Assembly: GCF_006345805.1 (NCBI RefSeq) | Contig: NC_043006.1 | Coordinates: 72,292,001 to 72,356,000 of the forward strand | Length of the DNA: 64,000 nucleotides | Source of the DNA: Octopus sinensis | Lineage: Eukaryota | Direction of reading: 5' to 3' | Shown here: piece after piece, positions 53,131 through 64,000 of the stretch | Layout: each line of letters opens with the position of its first letter | Position numbering within the stretch: the stretch's first letter is position 1 | Translations under genes and position numbers: made by a program | Notes under the pieces: model-generated | The model's input: the letters and a program-made list of their open reading frames with translations, nothing else | Told to the model about the DNA's origin: nothing | The model's database searches: none

Positions 53131-53857
53131 TACTAAAATAAATTAAGAGGTATAAATAGATTTTAAAAATTATTAGTGTTAATCCATACATGATATTACA
53201 GTTTCTTAGGGGTACTTAATTAGAAGGGTTGATTGTACAAAGCCAATTATAAATACTAAGATCAGGAGGACTGAACACTTTAAGAAAGGGATAAAAGACT
53301 TAATTACTAAAACTATTTTAGATAATATATCCATATTGTATAACTTTAAAATTTAGGGTTATCAGGAAGATCTAGCAATGAGGTGAAAGAACAAATTTGC
53401 TATAAATTAATTAAATTATAATCTAAGCAGTTGAATTTTAAGTTGTGAAGATACCCATATTGTTTTATATAAGCTAAGTATTAATTTATAGGGTACAAAA
53501 ATTTAGGTTTATCTATAGGCACTTATAAAGTATTAAAATGATCAGGTAGGGTATAACACCATAGAAAAGAATGTAAAATAGCTTAATCACTAAAAATCAT
53601 GATGAAGTATATATACCAACTTAGTAACATCAATAGAGAAGATTTATAGAAAATATATAATTCAGGTATTTAAAACTAAAAAAATTTTATTTACTTATTT
53701 AGCCTGTATCTATAATGACTAATACCCTGTAGTAACTAAAGGAATATTAATACTGTAGGACATGCTAACTATGCACTGATTTTAAACTAAGAGGTACATT
53801 ACAGGTTTTAAATCACAAGATCAATAAAGTGCTACTTTCTAAAATATTTAAAGGTAT

Positions 53858-56283
53858 TGGTAGCTAAGGCAATTAGAAGCATGAAGACAGGGAAAGCCCC
53901 AGGCCCATCAGGAATTACTGCAGAGATGCTCAAAATATCTGGCAGTGTCGGCTATAACCTAGTCACCCGTATAGTCAACCAGGTGATACACGAAGGAGTC
54001 ATACCCAATGACTGGTGCAGCAGCATACTAGTCAACTGCTACAAAGGTAAAGGTGATGCCCTAGATACAAATAATTACAGAGGTATCAAGCTGTTGGATC
54101 AAGTAATGAAGGTTACGGAGAGGGTCATAGCCCAACTAATTAGAGAGAGAGTTAGTTTAGATGAGATGCAGTTGGGTTCGTGCCAGGGAAAAGTACCACT
54201 GATGCTATATTCCTGGTAAGGCAGCTGCAGGAGAAATACCTAGCCAAAGATAAGCCCCTGTACCTGGCTTTCGTTGACATGGAGAAAGCTTTTGATAGGG
54301 TCCCCCGATCCCTTATCTGGTGGTCAATGAGGAAACTAGGGATAGATGAATGGCTGGTGAGGACTGTGCAAGCCATGTACAGAGATGCCGTAAGTAAGGT
54401 TAGGGTTGGCAACATGTACACAGAAGTACTCAGCCCCCTCCTATTTATCATAGTACTCCAGGCAATTACGGAGGAATTCAAGACAGGCTGTCCCTGGGAG
54501 CTCCTCTACGCTGACGACCTTGCTCTTATTGCTGAGTCACTATCAGAACTGGAGGAGAAGTTCCAGGTGTGGAAGGAGGGTTTAGAATCAAGGGGCCTTA
54601 GAGTCAACCTAGCTAAAACCAAAGTACTAATAAGTAGAAAGGTAGACAATCCACAAATATCTTCAGGAGATGGCCCTGCTCGATCTGTAGAAAAGGTGTA
54701 GGTAGAAACTCTATAAGATGTACCCAGTGTAAGCTATGGACACATAAGAGGTGCAGCAATGTCAAAGGTAGGCTAACTGGGAAGATAGTTTTTGTATGTG
54801 GCAGATGCTCGGGAGCATTAACCTCCGAAAATCTGCAGAAAACAACTTCCGTCACTTTCCAGGGGGAAAAACTAGAAGTAGTTGATAGCTTCCGTTATCT
54901 AGGTGACCAAGTCAGTAGTGGGGGTGGGTGCGCTGAAAGTGTAACTGCTAGAATAAGAATAGCCTGGGCAAAGTTTAGGGAGCTCTTACCTCTGCTGGTG
55001 ACTAAAGGCCTCTCGCTCAGAGTAAAAGGCAGACTGTATGATGCGTGTGTACGAACAGCCATGCTACATGGCAGCGAAACATGGGCCGTGACTGCTGAGG
55101 GAGACATGCGTAGCTCGTGAGGAATGAAGCCAGTATGCTCCGATGGATGTGTAATGTCAGTGTACATACTCGACAGAGCGTTAGCACCTTGAGAGAAATG
55201 TTGTACCTAAGAAGCATCAGTTGTGTGTGTGCAAGAGAGACGATTGCGCTGGTATGGTCATGTGGCGAGAATGGATGAAGATAGGTGTGTGAGAAAGTGC
55301 CAATCCCTAGCAGTTGAGGGAACCCGTGGAAGAGGTAGACCCAGGAAAACCTGGGACGAGGTGGTGAAGCACGACCTTCGAACTTTAGGCCTCACTGAGG
55401 AAATGACCAGAGACCGAGACCTTTGGAAATATTCTGTACGTGAGAAGACCAGGCAGGACAAGTGAGCCCAGCCCACTTATGAATGCCTTTCCTCCCTTGG
55501 ACACAAAGACCGGTTGAGGCAAGCGAAGTCGATATAGAACCTCATCCGACGACAGACACCCATGCCAACCCCCCATGCTTGCGAAGACATGTTGGGGCAA
55601 GCGAAATCGAAACCGAATTGAACCAGCCAGGATCCCTGGCCTGGTGGTACGTAAAAAGCACTATCCGACTCGTGGCCGTGGCACGTAAAATACTCCAATG
55701 CGACCGTACGACAGGCACCCATGCCAACCCCCTTTGCTTGTGAAGACATGTTGGGGCAAGCGAAATCGAAATCGAATTGAACCAGCCAGGATCCCTGGTC
55801 TGGTGGTACGTAAAAAGCACTATCCGACTCGTGGCCGTGCACGTAAAATACTCCAATGCGACCGTACGACAGGCACCCTTGCCAACCCCCTTTGCTTGTG
55901 AAGACATGTTGGGGCAAGCGAAATCGAAATCGAATTGAACCAGCCAGGATCCCTGGTCTGGTGGTACGTAAAAAGCACTATCCGACTCGTGGCCGATGCC
56001 AGCACCGCCTCGACTGGCTTCCGTGCCGGTGGCACATAAAATACACCAATCTGACCGTGGCCGTTGCCAGCCCCGCCTGGCACCTGTGCAGGTGGCACGT
56101 AAAAAGCACCCACTACACTCACGGAGTGGTTGGCGTTAGGAAGGGCATCCAGCTGTAGAAACATTGCCAATTAGACTGGAGCCTGGTGCAGCCTTCTGGC
56201 TTCCCAGAACCCCGGTCGAACCGTCCAACCCATGCTAGCATGGAGAACGGACGTTAACGACGATGATGACGACGATGATGATA
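53858..56283 (+). mobile_element. 5'-truncated RTE-clade LINE (longer copy of the 27601 family) with ~158-bp 3' UTR repeats and a (GAT/GAC)n tail
   Basis: GKAPGPSG, NYRGIKLL, GKSTTDAIF, FVDMEKAFDRV, YADDL. A 36-nt in-frame deletion removes FKVEVGVHQGS; several frameshifts. Confidence 0.95.
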
Positions 56284-56344
56284 TATATATATGATATATA
56301 TATATATATATAAATATATATATAAATATAAATATATAAATATA

Positions 56345-56568
56345 TATAAATATATGTATATAAAAGCTTTTCAAAATGTGACCTCGTGTGTACCGTTGCG
56401 ATTTTTTCCTCTGTCTTCCCTTCTCTGGATCTTTCCTTCTATGTTTCCGACGAAGAGTTCCGCTCGAAGCGTTAAACCCTCCTTCTTCCCTTCTTTTCTG
56501 AGCGTCCAATAATACTATATTTGTTCCACGTCCTCGCGTTGTTGTGTTTTCTTGTTTGGATTAACTTT
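56345..56568 (+). mobile_element. Penelope-like terminal-repeat remnant between (TA)n tracts, with a degenerate hammerhead motif
   Basis: GTTT-CCGACGA-A-GAGTTCCGCTC-GAAGC-GTT-AAAC at 56443-56477. Confidence 0.55.
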
Positions 56569-56684
56569 ATATATATATATATATATATATAAAATATTAT
56601 TTGAGACAAAACCACTATTTTGCAAAACAAACAAGGAAAGACTTAATCAATACATAAAATTTAATAAATAGTCAAAAAAAACCG

Positions 56685-56727
56685 CCACTACAATCGTTTC
56701 TTGTCTTGATCGACAATCTTCAGGTGG
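56685..56727 (-). ncRNA. Type I hammerhead ribozyme (intact catalytic core)
   Basis: Minus strand: CCAC-CUGAAGA-UUGUC(GAUCAA)GACAA-GAAAC-GAUU-GUA-GUGG. Stem I 4 bp, stem II 5 bp, short self-complementary stem III. Confidence 0.8.
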
Positions 56728-56844
56728 ACTTCCAATCTAAAAAATCAAAATTTTAAAATATAAAAATAATACTTTTAAATAATAAAGTATAAATGAAAAA
56801 ATATAAGTATATAATCCATATATAACCTATATATAATCCATATC

Positions 56845-58346
56845 GAAAATATAGACTAATTACCACGAATTCCCTAAAAAACCATGATAAAACAAAACTC
56901 TTAAAAACATATAACGATAAAATCTCCCTTTGCTAAACTCTATAACAAACCTATAAAGTACCCCCTAACCTAAACATTCACACACAAATACACACACGTA
57001 AACCACAGACTCACGACTTATACACATACCTATACTAACTTATAAACCTCAATATACACCAAAACCCCTCCCTCCCCACACAGACAAATTAACACATACA
57101 TCCCAAAACCTAAATAACAAACCCATATACACATTCACACACAACACACACTCACACGCAAAACACTCACACACAAAAGATACATATACTCCCTCACATA
57201 TACGCCTATACATACTCACTAAAACTCGACATATACACAATACTTACACACCCACAAAAAACATTATATACATTTATGAGCTTTAACTCACCTTAGCATC
57301 TCTAACAAACAACTTGCAGTAACCCAATCCCATTCTCTATGCCTACCTCACTACTACACTATTCCATTCACATTCCAAGCAACGCTAGTCCACCACCCGG
57401 TTATTCACGTGGCAAAACGAACACCACTCAAAAATTATGAATGAAACAATGTAAAAAAATAACCAACACCTAAAATAGACAAAATACCACGAATTACCTA
57501 AAAAAACCATGATAAACCAAAACTCATAAAAGCATATAACGATAAAATCTCCTCCCTTTGCTAAACCCTATAACAAACTTATATAGCAATCCCCCTAACC
57601 TAAACATTCACACACAAAAAACCCACACGTAAACCACAGACCCAAGACTTATACACAAACCTATACTAACTTATAAACCTCAATATACACCAAAAACCAC
57701 TCCCTCCCCACACAGACAAATTAACACATACATCCCAAATCCTAAATAACAAACCCATACACATTCACACACAAACACACACACACGCAAAACACACACA
57801 CACAACAGATACATATGCTCCCTCACATATACGCATATACATACTCACTAAAACTCGATATATACAACAATATTTACACCCACACTCATACAGATAAATA
57901 AATTAATTATACAATTAAAAACTCACAACCAATCTCATATACATAAACACTCTTATGAAAACAACAATAAATACATCGTAATTAACCAGAATATCAAAAA
58001 TAACATTATGACATAAGATAAATCAAATACATACTTACAATTCAGTTACAAATTATGAAGTGAAATTAGATTCTTAGCCGTTAAAAAACCAAACAAAATT
58101 ACGTTACCATGGAAATAACTAATGTAAAAAAAGAATACGCGCCATAGAAAGTAAACGTCATTCATAGTATGAATGGAGAAATATAATAAATGGAACTAAA
58201 AACTATTTCCACGTAGCAAACCAACGCTACTTAAAAAAAATTTATTATGAATGGATTCTTTAAAAACTATCATGAAAAATCAATTATATACATTTATGAG
58301 CTTTAGCTCACCCTAGCAACTCTAACAAACAACTTACAGTAACCCA
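56845..58346. repeat. Tandem ~470-bp direct repeats (56862-57326; 57486-57880 plus 58282-58346), strongly A/C-skewed
   Basis: ACCACGAATT.CCTAAAAAA.CCATGATAAA.. and TATACATTTATGAGCTTTA.CTCACC.TAGCA.CTCTAACAAACAACTT.CAGTAACCCA each occur twice. Confidence 0.85.
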
Positions 58347-58359
58347 TAATATATACATT

Positions 58360-58703
58360 GTGAAGGCTCATGGCTCAGTGGTAGTAGTATTAGGCTCATA
58401 ATCATGAGGTAGTGAGTTTGATTTCTGGACAGGGCTTGTGTTGTGTTCTTGAGCAAGACATTTTATTTCCACATTACTCCAGTTCACTCAGCTGTAGAAA
58501 TGAGTTGTGACATCACTGGTACCAAACTGTATCAGCCTTTGCTTTTGCCTTGGATAACATCAGTGGCATGGAGAGGGGAGGCTGGTATGCATGGGTGACT
58601 GCTGGTCTTCCATAAACAACCTTGCCTGGACTTGTGGCTCAGAGGGGAACTTTCTAGATGCAATCCCATGGTCATTCTGGACTAAAGGGGGTCTTTACTC
58701 TTA
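58360..58703 (+). mobile_element. tRNA-derived SINE, degenerate
   Basis: GTGAAGGCTCATGGCTCAGTGG head; CTTGAGCAAGACA core. Confidence 0.75.
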
Positions 58704-59074
58704 CCATATTTGGATGAGTGCATAATTAATTACCATTTTTAATTTCTAAATTTATTCAAAAATAAAACACCAAAATAATATAAAACAGTCATTAATTATG
58801 CACCAAACCAATAAATCAATTATCTCAAAAAGATATCTAAGATTTTCTTACTTTAGTGTTATATATTTTAATACATGTGAAAGGCAGAGTTGACTCTGAT
58901 AGGCTAACAGATACACAATGAGAGATTAGAAAGTATACATCAAGTCAACAATGTGGCCTTAATCATCCTCATTTTAACAACTATTTTTCCTCACCAATAT
59001 AATAATAATAATAATAATAATGATGATGATGATAATAATGATGATGATGATGATGATGACGATGACGATGATTA

Positions 59075-59490
59075 TTGTGTATAGTGCTCAGGGGCATAAC
59101 TCGTCAAAGGTGCATGTATAGTACATAGAATTATGTACAAAAGTCATAGAAGTGCACAGTGTATGAGTCATGATATACTTGTGGGTATGCATATGGAGGT
59201 GGGGATATCAGGTGTATTGTTGTCGAATTTCGGGAAGCAAGGAGGTTTTAAAGGATGCAATGTCTCTGCAACTAACAACATGCTTCAGCAACTTTGAGTG
59301 TGAAAAAAATGTTTTCAAAAATTCATCGGAGCTGTGCTGTTTTCTGACTTTGTAGGCATGCCTACATGTGTTAGACACATGGAATTCAGAAAGGTGCTCA
59401 AGGTTGTTGTTGGCACGATGGTTAATAATTTTGTGGGGGTTTACCAAGTCAGTTGCCAGACGTTGGAGCTTCAATGTATCTATGCAATTG
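59075..59490 (-). mobile_element. CR1-clade LINE 3' fragment
   Basis: Aligns by eye with 43745-44190. Confidence 0.82.
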
Positions 59491-60246
59491 AAGCAATAAG
59501 TTTTGATTCTTCATATTAATATTGTTACATCTTGGGATGGTCTTTTTTTGCCAAAACAAAAAAAGAAAGAAAGGAAGAAAAACATGACCACCCTGAAACA
59601 TAACAATATCTGTTTCAACACACAGCTTCACTTCAGGAATCTTGCAAAACAAATGCATAAACGTAATATTCATCATAATGCTATTTATCCACACACAATA
59701 GCAAGAAAAATACCAAAATATATTCATTTCTTTTTTTTTTTTATTGCAATGTATACAAAAGAATTCCTAACATTAAAAAAATATATGTATTGCATAAACA
59801 CCAAGTATTTTGTCAACTAAAGAATTTCAATTATGCTTTATAAATAATTTCAGAGAAACAATAAAAATGTTGTACAGAAAACTTTATTTCAGTTTTGTTT
59901 CAATGCATAAAAGGGAAATGAACAAATTCCTGGAAGAAATGCTACAACAAAATGATAGAAATTGTAATACTGAAAATGAAATTAGACATATTCAGATATG
60001 TTTTGCTTTGAAAATCAAAGGGAAATAAAGGAAAGAAAAAGAACAATAAGGCTTCTTAATTTATTCTTTTGAAAAAAAAAAAAAATTTAGTATTTTTATA
60101 AAGTTACATCATTTTCATATAATTAAATAAATATGTATGTCATCAATAAATTTATCCAAAGGGTATTTTAAATTTAAAAAGAAATCATTTATAATATTTA
60201 CTGAAATTAGAAAATATAGGCTTACATTCAGGTTTATATATTTGTA

Positions 60247-60297
<51 letters not shown>

Positions 60298-60384
60298 ATA
60301 TATGTATATGTATGTATGTATGTAATTTTTAAATACATATATGCAACATATAGTATAATTATATATAATGGTTTTCAAATTTAG

Positions 60385-60510
60385 AAACAAGGCCAGCAAT
60401 TTTGGGGAGTGGGTGATTACATTGATCTCAGTACTTGACTGGTTCTTATTTTATCAACTGCAAAAGGATGAAAGGCAAAGTCAACCTCGGCAGAATTTGA
60501 ACTCAGAATG
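60385..60510 (-). mobile_element. SINE 3' half (GAGGT.GACTTTGCC family)
   Basis: AAAGGATGAAAGGCAAAGTCAACCTCGGCAGAATTTGAACTCAGAA on the plus strand. Confidence 0.75.
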
Positions 60511-61019
60511 GAGGTAAGCATTTTATGCAGCATCTCTTATCATTAAAGTAAGTGGACTGCAGCCAGTCTGAGACACCAGCTTGAAAGGCTTTAGTAAAAC
60601 AAATCAATCTCACCTCAATACTAATTTTTTAAAGCTTAATACTTTCTCTATTAGTCGCTTTGGCCAAATTGCTGAATTGCAAGGACGTAAGCAAACCAAC
60701 ATTGGTTGTCAAGCAGTGGAAAGGGGGCACACAAATACACACACATATATAGATATATAGATATATGCACACAGACAAATGACTTCCACATAGTTTCCTT
60801 CTACTGGATTCACTCGCAACGAATTCACTGGACAGCCTAGAGCTACACTAGAATTTATTTGCCCAAGGTACAGCACAGTGGCACTGAATTCAAAATCATG
60901 CAAATGCAAAGCAAGCATTTTAACCACACTGCCACATGCACACATGCACACACACACACATGAATGTATATACAAATATATGTGTATACTATATATATTT
61001 ATATAAAAATATGCATGTA

Positions 61020-61072
<53 letters not shown>

Positions 61073-61177
61073 TATATATATGAAAATATGCATGTATATA
61101 TATATATATATATATATAAAAATATGCATGTATGTGTGTGTGTATATATATATATATTATATAAAAATATGCATGTA

Positions 61178-61213
<36 letters not shown>

Positions 61214-61214
61214 A

Positions 61215-61337
61215 GGTTTGAAAATGCAATTTTAAAAGATGTTTATTTACTTTACCGGTTTCACTTTTGACAATCTTTTTCTGAAGAGTGAAACCGGTAA
61301 AGTAAATAAACATCTTTTAAAATTGCATTTTCAAACC
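61215..61337. repeat. Perfect 51-bp inverted repeat with a 21-nt loop
   Basis: 61215-61265 is the exact reverse complement of 61287-61337. Confidence 0.95.
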
Positions 61338-61386
61338 CTCTTTCATATATAATTCCACTCGTGTGGTACCTTGCAACTCCACTTTG

Positions 61387-61426
<40 letters not shown>

Positions 61427-61754
61427 TATATATATGAAAATATGCATGTATATATATATGAAAATATGCATGTATATATATATGAAAATATATATATGTG
61501 TGTGTCAAACTCTAAAAAAAAATAGATAGATAGATAGATGCAGTCATGGCTATGTGGTACCATCTTGAGCAAGTATTGTCTGCATGGATTGTCTCTTGGC
61601 TCAGCAATGAATCCAAAACTCATTCTGGGTTAGGAAATGTTCAAAGAAACCAGCTGGATCTGCCTCATACAACGTCAGATTCTCTCGTGATGTAATCAAC
61701 CTAATGGGCTTTTGATCAGATGTCAGGAGATGTGGCACCCACCAAGCAGAAATC

Positions 61755-62050
61755 TTTGTCATTACAGTCATCCATCACCATATGGTAAATATGAACAATG
61801 TTTTCCTTGGTGGTGGCAGCTGCAGGATGTCTAGACCTAGGGTCATTTCTACAACTTTCTCTTCCCCTCCTAAAGTCAGCTGCCCACAATTGATAAAGCT
61901 AGAGTGACATCCCCTATTGTAGCAACCATGTCAGCATGAATGTTGTTGGGAGCTAAAATCTTTTCCTGCAGGTACTTGGTAACACTACAATGTAAATTTT
62001 CTTGATTTTTAAGAAGTCGCTACTAGATACTTATGAAATCTTTGTTGACC
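61755..62050 (-). mobile_element. mariner transposase N-terminal relic
   Basis: IHADMVATIGD..AADFRRGRESCRNDPRSRHPAAATTKENI..MVMDD. Confidence 0.7.
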
Positions 62051-62214
62051 AGTTAGACATCAGTTTACCTGGAAAGAAACAATGCAGTTATAAATAAGAA
62101 TGGATGAAATTACTGCAAGCATAATATCACAGCTCTAGCGTCACTCCTTCATAGTTAGCCTACAAACTTTCCAGCCCACCCTCATGTCATCATCATCGTT
62201 TAATGCCTCTTAGT

Positions 62215-63000
62215 TAAAACCGTCAAAAACTTGTTTACTTTTATGTTTTTGATTTATTATTAGTGTTGCTTGGTCTGTTTTGCTAAAATTGCTGTTTCTT
62301 TTCAGATATCATCAGACAAAGGTAATTGAAATTCATTAAAATGACAGATCTATCAGACTTTCAAAGAGGTCAAATTGTTGATGTTCATATGGCAGGTGAT
62401 AGCATAACGAAAACAGCCGAAATGTTTGGTGTATCAAGAAGTACAGTCTCGAAAGTAATGACAGCCTTTGAGAAAGCGGGAAAAACCTCCTCGTCGAAAT
62501 ATAAAACTCCCAAAGAAAACCAAGACTTTCAGATAGGGACTGTTGGACTCTTATGCGAATTGTTAGAAAGGATCACAAGAGTACTCTCTCTCTTTCTTTC
62601 GGAGAGGCACTGAGCAGCTATACGCACACATACACACACGGCAGTAACTTCCACCTACCAAATTCAATCACAAAGCTCCGGTCGGCTCGGGGCTATAGTG
62701 GAAGACACCTACCCAAAACCATGTAGCTAGGAAGCAAGCTCCCTAACCACACAGCCATGCCCATGCCTACAGCTCCCAAAATTACTGCAGAGCTTAATGA
62801 TCACCTCAAGGCCCCAGTTTCCACAAAAACTGTTTGCCAGGAGCTGCACAAAGCTGGATTTCACAGGAGGGCTGCAATTAGAAAACCACTGCTTTCAAAA
62901 ACAAACGTTGCAATGTATTTAGAGTGGAGTAAAAACCTACAGAATTGGTTCCTCGAGCAGTGGAAGAATGTTATTTTCTCGGACGAGTCATCTTTCCAAG
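62215..63000 (+). mobile_element. Tc1-family fragment (same family as 24968), interrupted by a SINE-derived insert at ~62590-62765 and truncated at the first catalytic D
   Basis: SDFQRGQIVD..SKVMTAFEKAG; ITAELN..ELHKAGF..AAIRKPLL..WKNVIFSDESSF. Confidence 0.88.
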
Positions 63001-63520
63001 TTTAGGAACTTTTCCAAGCTGTTGAAGTTGATGATAAACAGTTGTATGGTTTGAACTAAGCTTTATTGCCAATTCTTCAACTGAGAATGCAGGATTTTCT
63101 TCAAGTAATGCCTCAAGGAGCTTATCATCAAACTCAATTGGATGTCCCATTCGATCTTCATCTTCAAGGCTGAAATCTCCACTTCTGAACTTTGCAAACC
63201 ATCTTCTGCAAGTTCTTTCGTTCAAGCATTCTTTCCCATGAACTGAGTGTATGTTTCAAGTCACTTCAGCTGCAAAGTTTCCTTTTTTGTACTCATAAAG
63301 CATTATGTGCCTTAAATGCTCTTTGAATACTTCCATGTTAGAAAGGGTTTTAATCAAAGAAATTCTAATTCTATTATCCTGTAAAGTAATATTTAATTAG
63401 TTTAAATGTACACAAATGCATAAAAATAATTTTTAATTCCATTAGACATTCTAAAATACTATTAAAATTCAGTCAATTTTAAAAAAGGTAAAATCGGACA
63501 GAACTTATGGGATGACCTGA
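63001..63520 (-). mobile_element. mariner 5' half with intact left TIR
   Basis: TA + TCAGGTCATCCCATAAGTTCTGTCCGA (63520-63494); MEVFKEHLRHIMLYEY..RRWFAKFRSGDFSLEDEDR..KLGK, broken just before WVPH. Confidence 0.9.
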
Positions 63521-64000
63521 TAGCTATGGGATTAGCACACAGCAGGAGAAATCTTCAGAGGAAGAACTCATTTCAAACAAGTGTTTTGGCCAGCTAATTA
63601 GTGACATGCTAAATAAGCTGGACCCACCTAGGTAGAGACCCCCAGCTATCCTCCAGCAATTATTTAAATGCCACCTTTAGTAGGGACTGAACTTGAAACT
63701 TTTGTGTGAGCTTATTGCTCAGCCAAACAGACTACCACATATAAATGTATTATATAATATATATATAAAGCATATATGTATTATCTAATATATATAATAC
63801 ACACATATGTATTTATATATATACATACATACATACATACAACATGTTTATATAAACATGTTATAGGCAAAGGTGTTGATAGGTGCAGTTGTGGTTATAT
63901 ATCTGTATTGTAAGAAATTTGCTTCCCAGCTAAATAGTTCTGGATTTAGTCCCTCTGCATGACACCCTGGACAAGACTTCTTCTATAGCCTGGGCTGACC

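Noticed and set aside
53131-53857. Possible mitochondrial insertion (NUMT)
   Set aside because: The frames checked contain TAA/TAG stops even under the invertebrate mitochondrial code, and no mitochondrial gene motif was recognised.

Overview
Eukaryotic, AT-rich, microsatellite-dense DNA. The SINE/LINE families match those I recall from coleoid cephalopods (Octopus); this is from memory and not verified by search. No intact host protein-coding gene, rRNA, true tRNA or CRISPR array can be supported. Most ORFs in the supplied track are translations of (TA)n/(TATG)n/(CA)n/(TAA)n repeats or antisense shadows of transposons. The window is an intergenic or intronic patchwork containing: (1) a near full-length, frameshifted Dong/R4-type RLE retrotransposon inserted in (TAA)n (21.0-24.9 kb) and two further Dong-like relics; (2) two RTE-clade LINE 3' halves with a PHD-like finger inside the RT; (3) three CR1 fragments; (4) Tc1, mariner and pogo transposase relics; (5) hAT-type and hairpin MITEs; (6) many tRNA-derived SINEs; (7) Penelope-like terminal-repeat remnants. 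The most notable signal is a set of hammerhead-ribozyme motifs. One has an intact type I core (56685-56727, minus strand) and sits in a non-coding, tandem-repeat, retrozyme-like element. Three degenerate relatives occur at 20.8, 56.4 and 61.3 kb. Several long hairpins are also present, one with an 86-bp stem whose only deviations are G-U wobbles. Element boundaries were read by eye and are approximate unless TSDs or TIRs are quoted.
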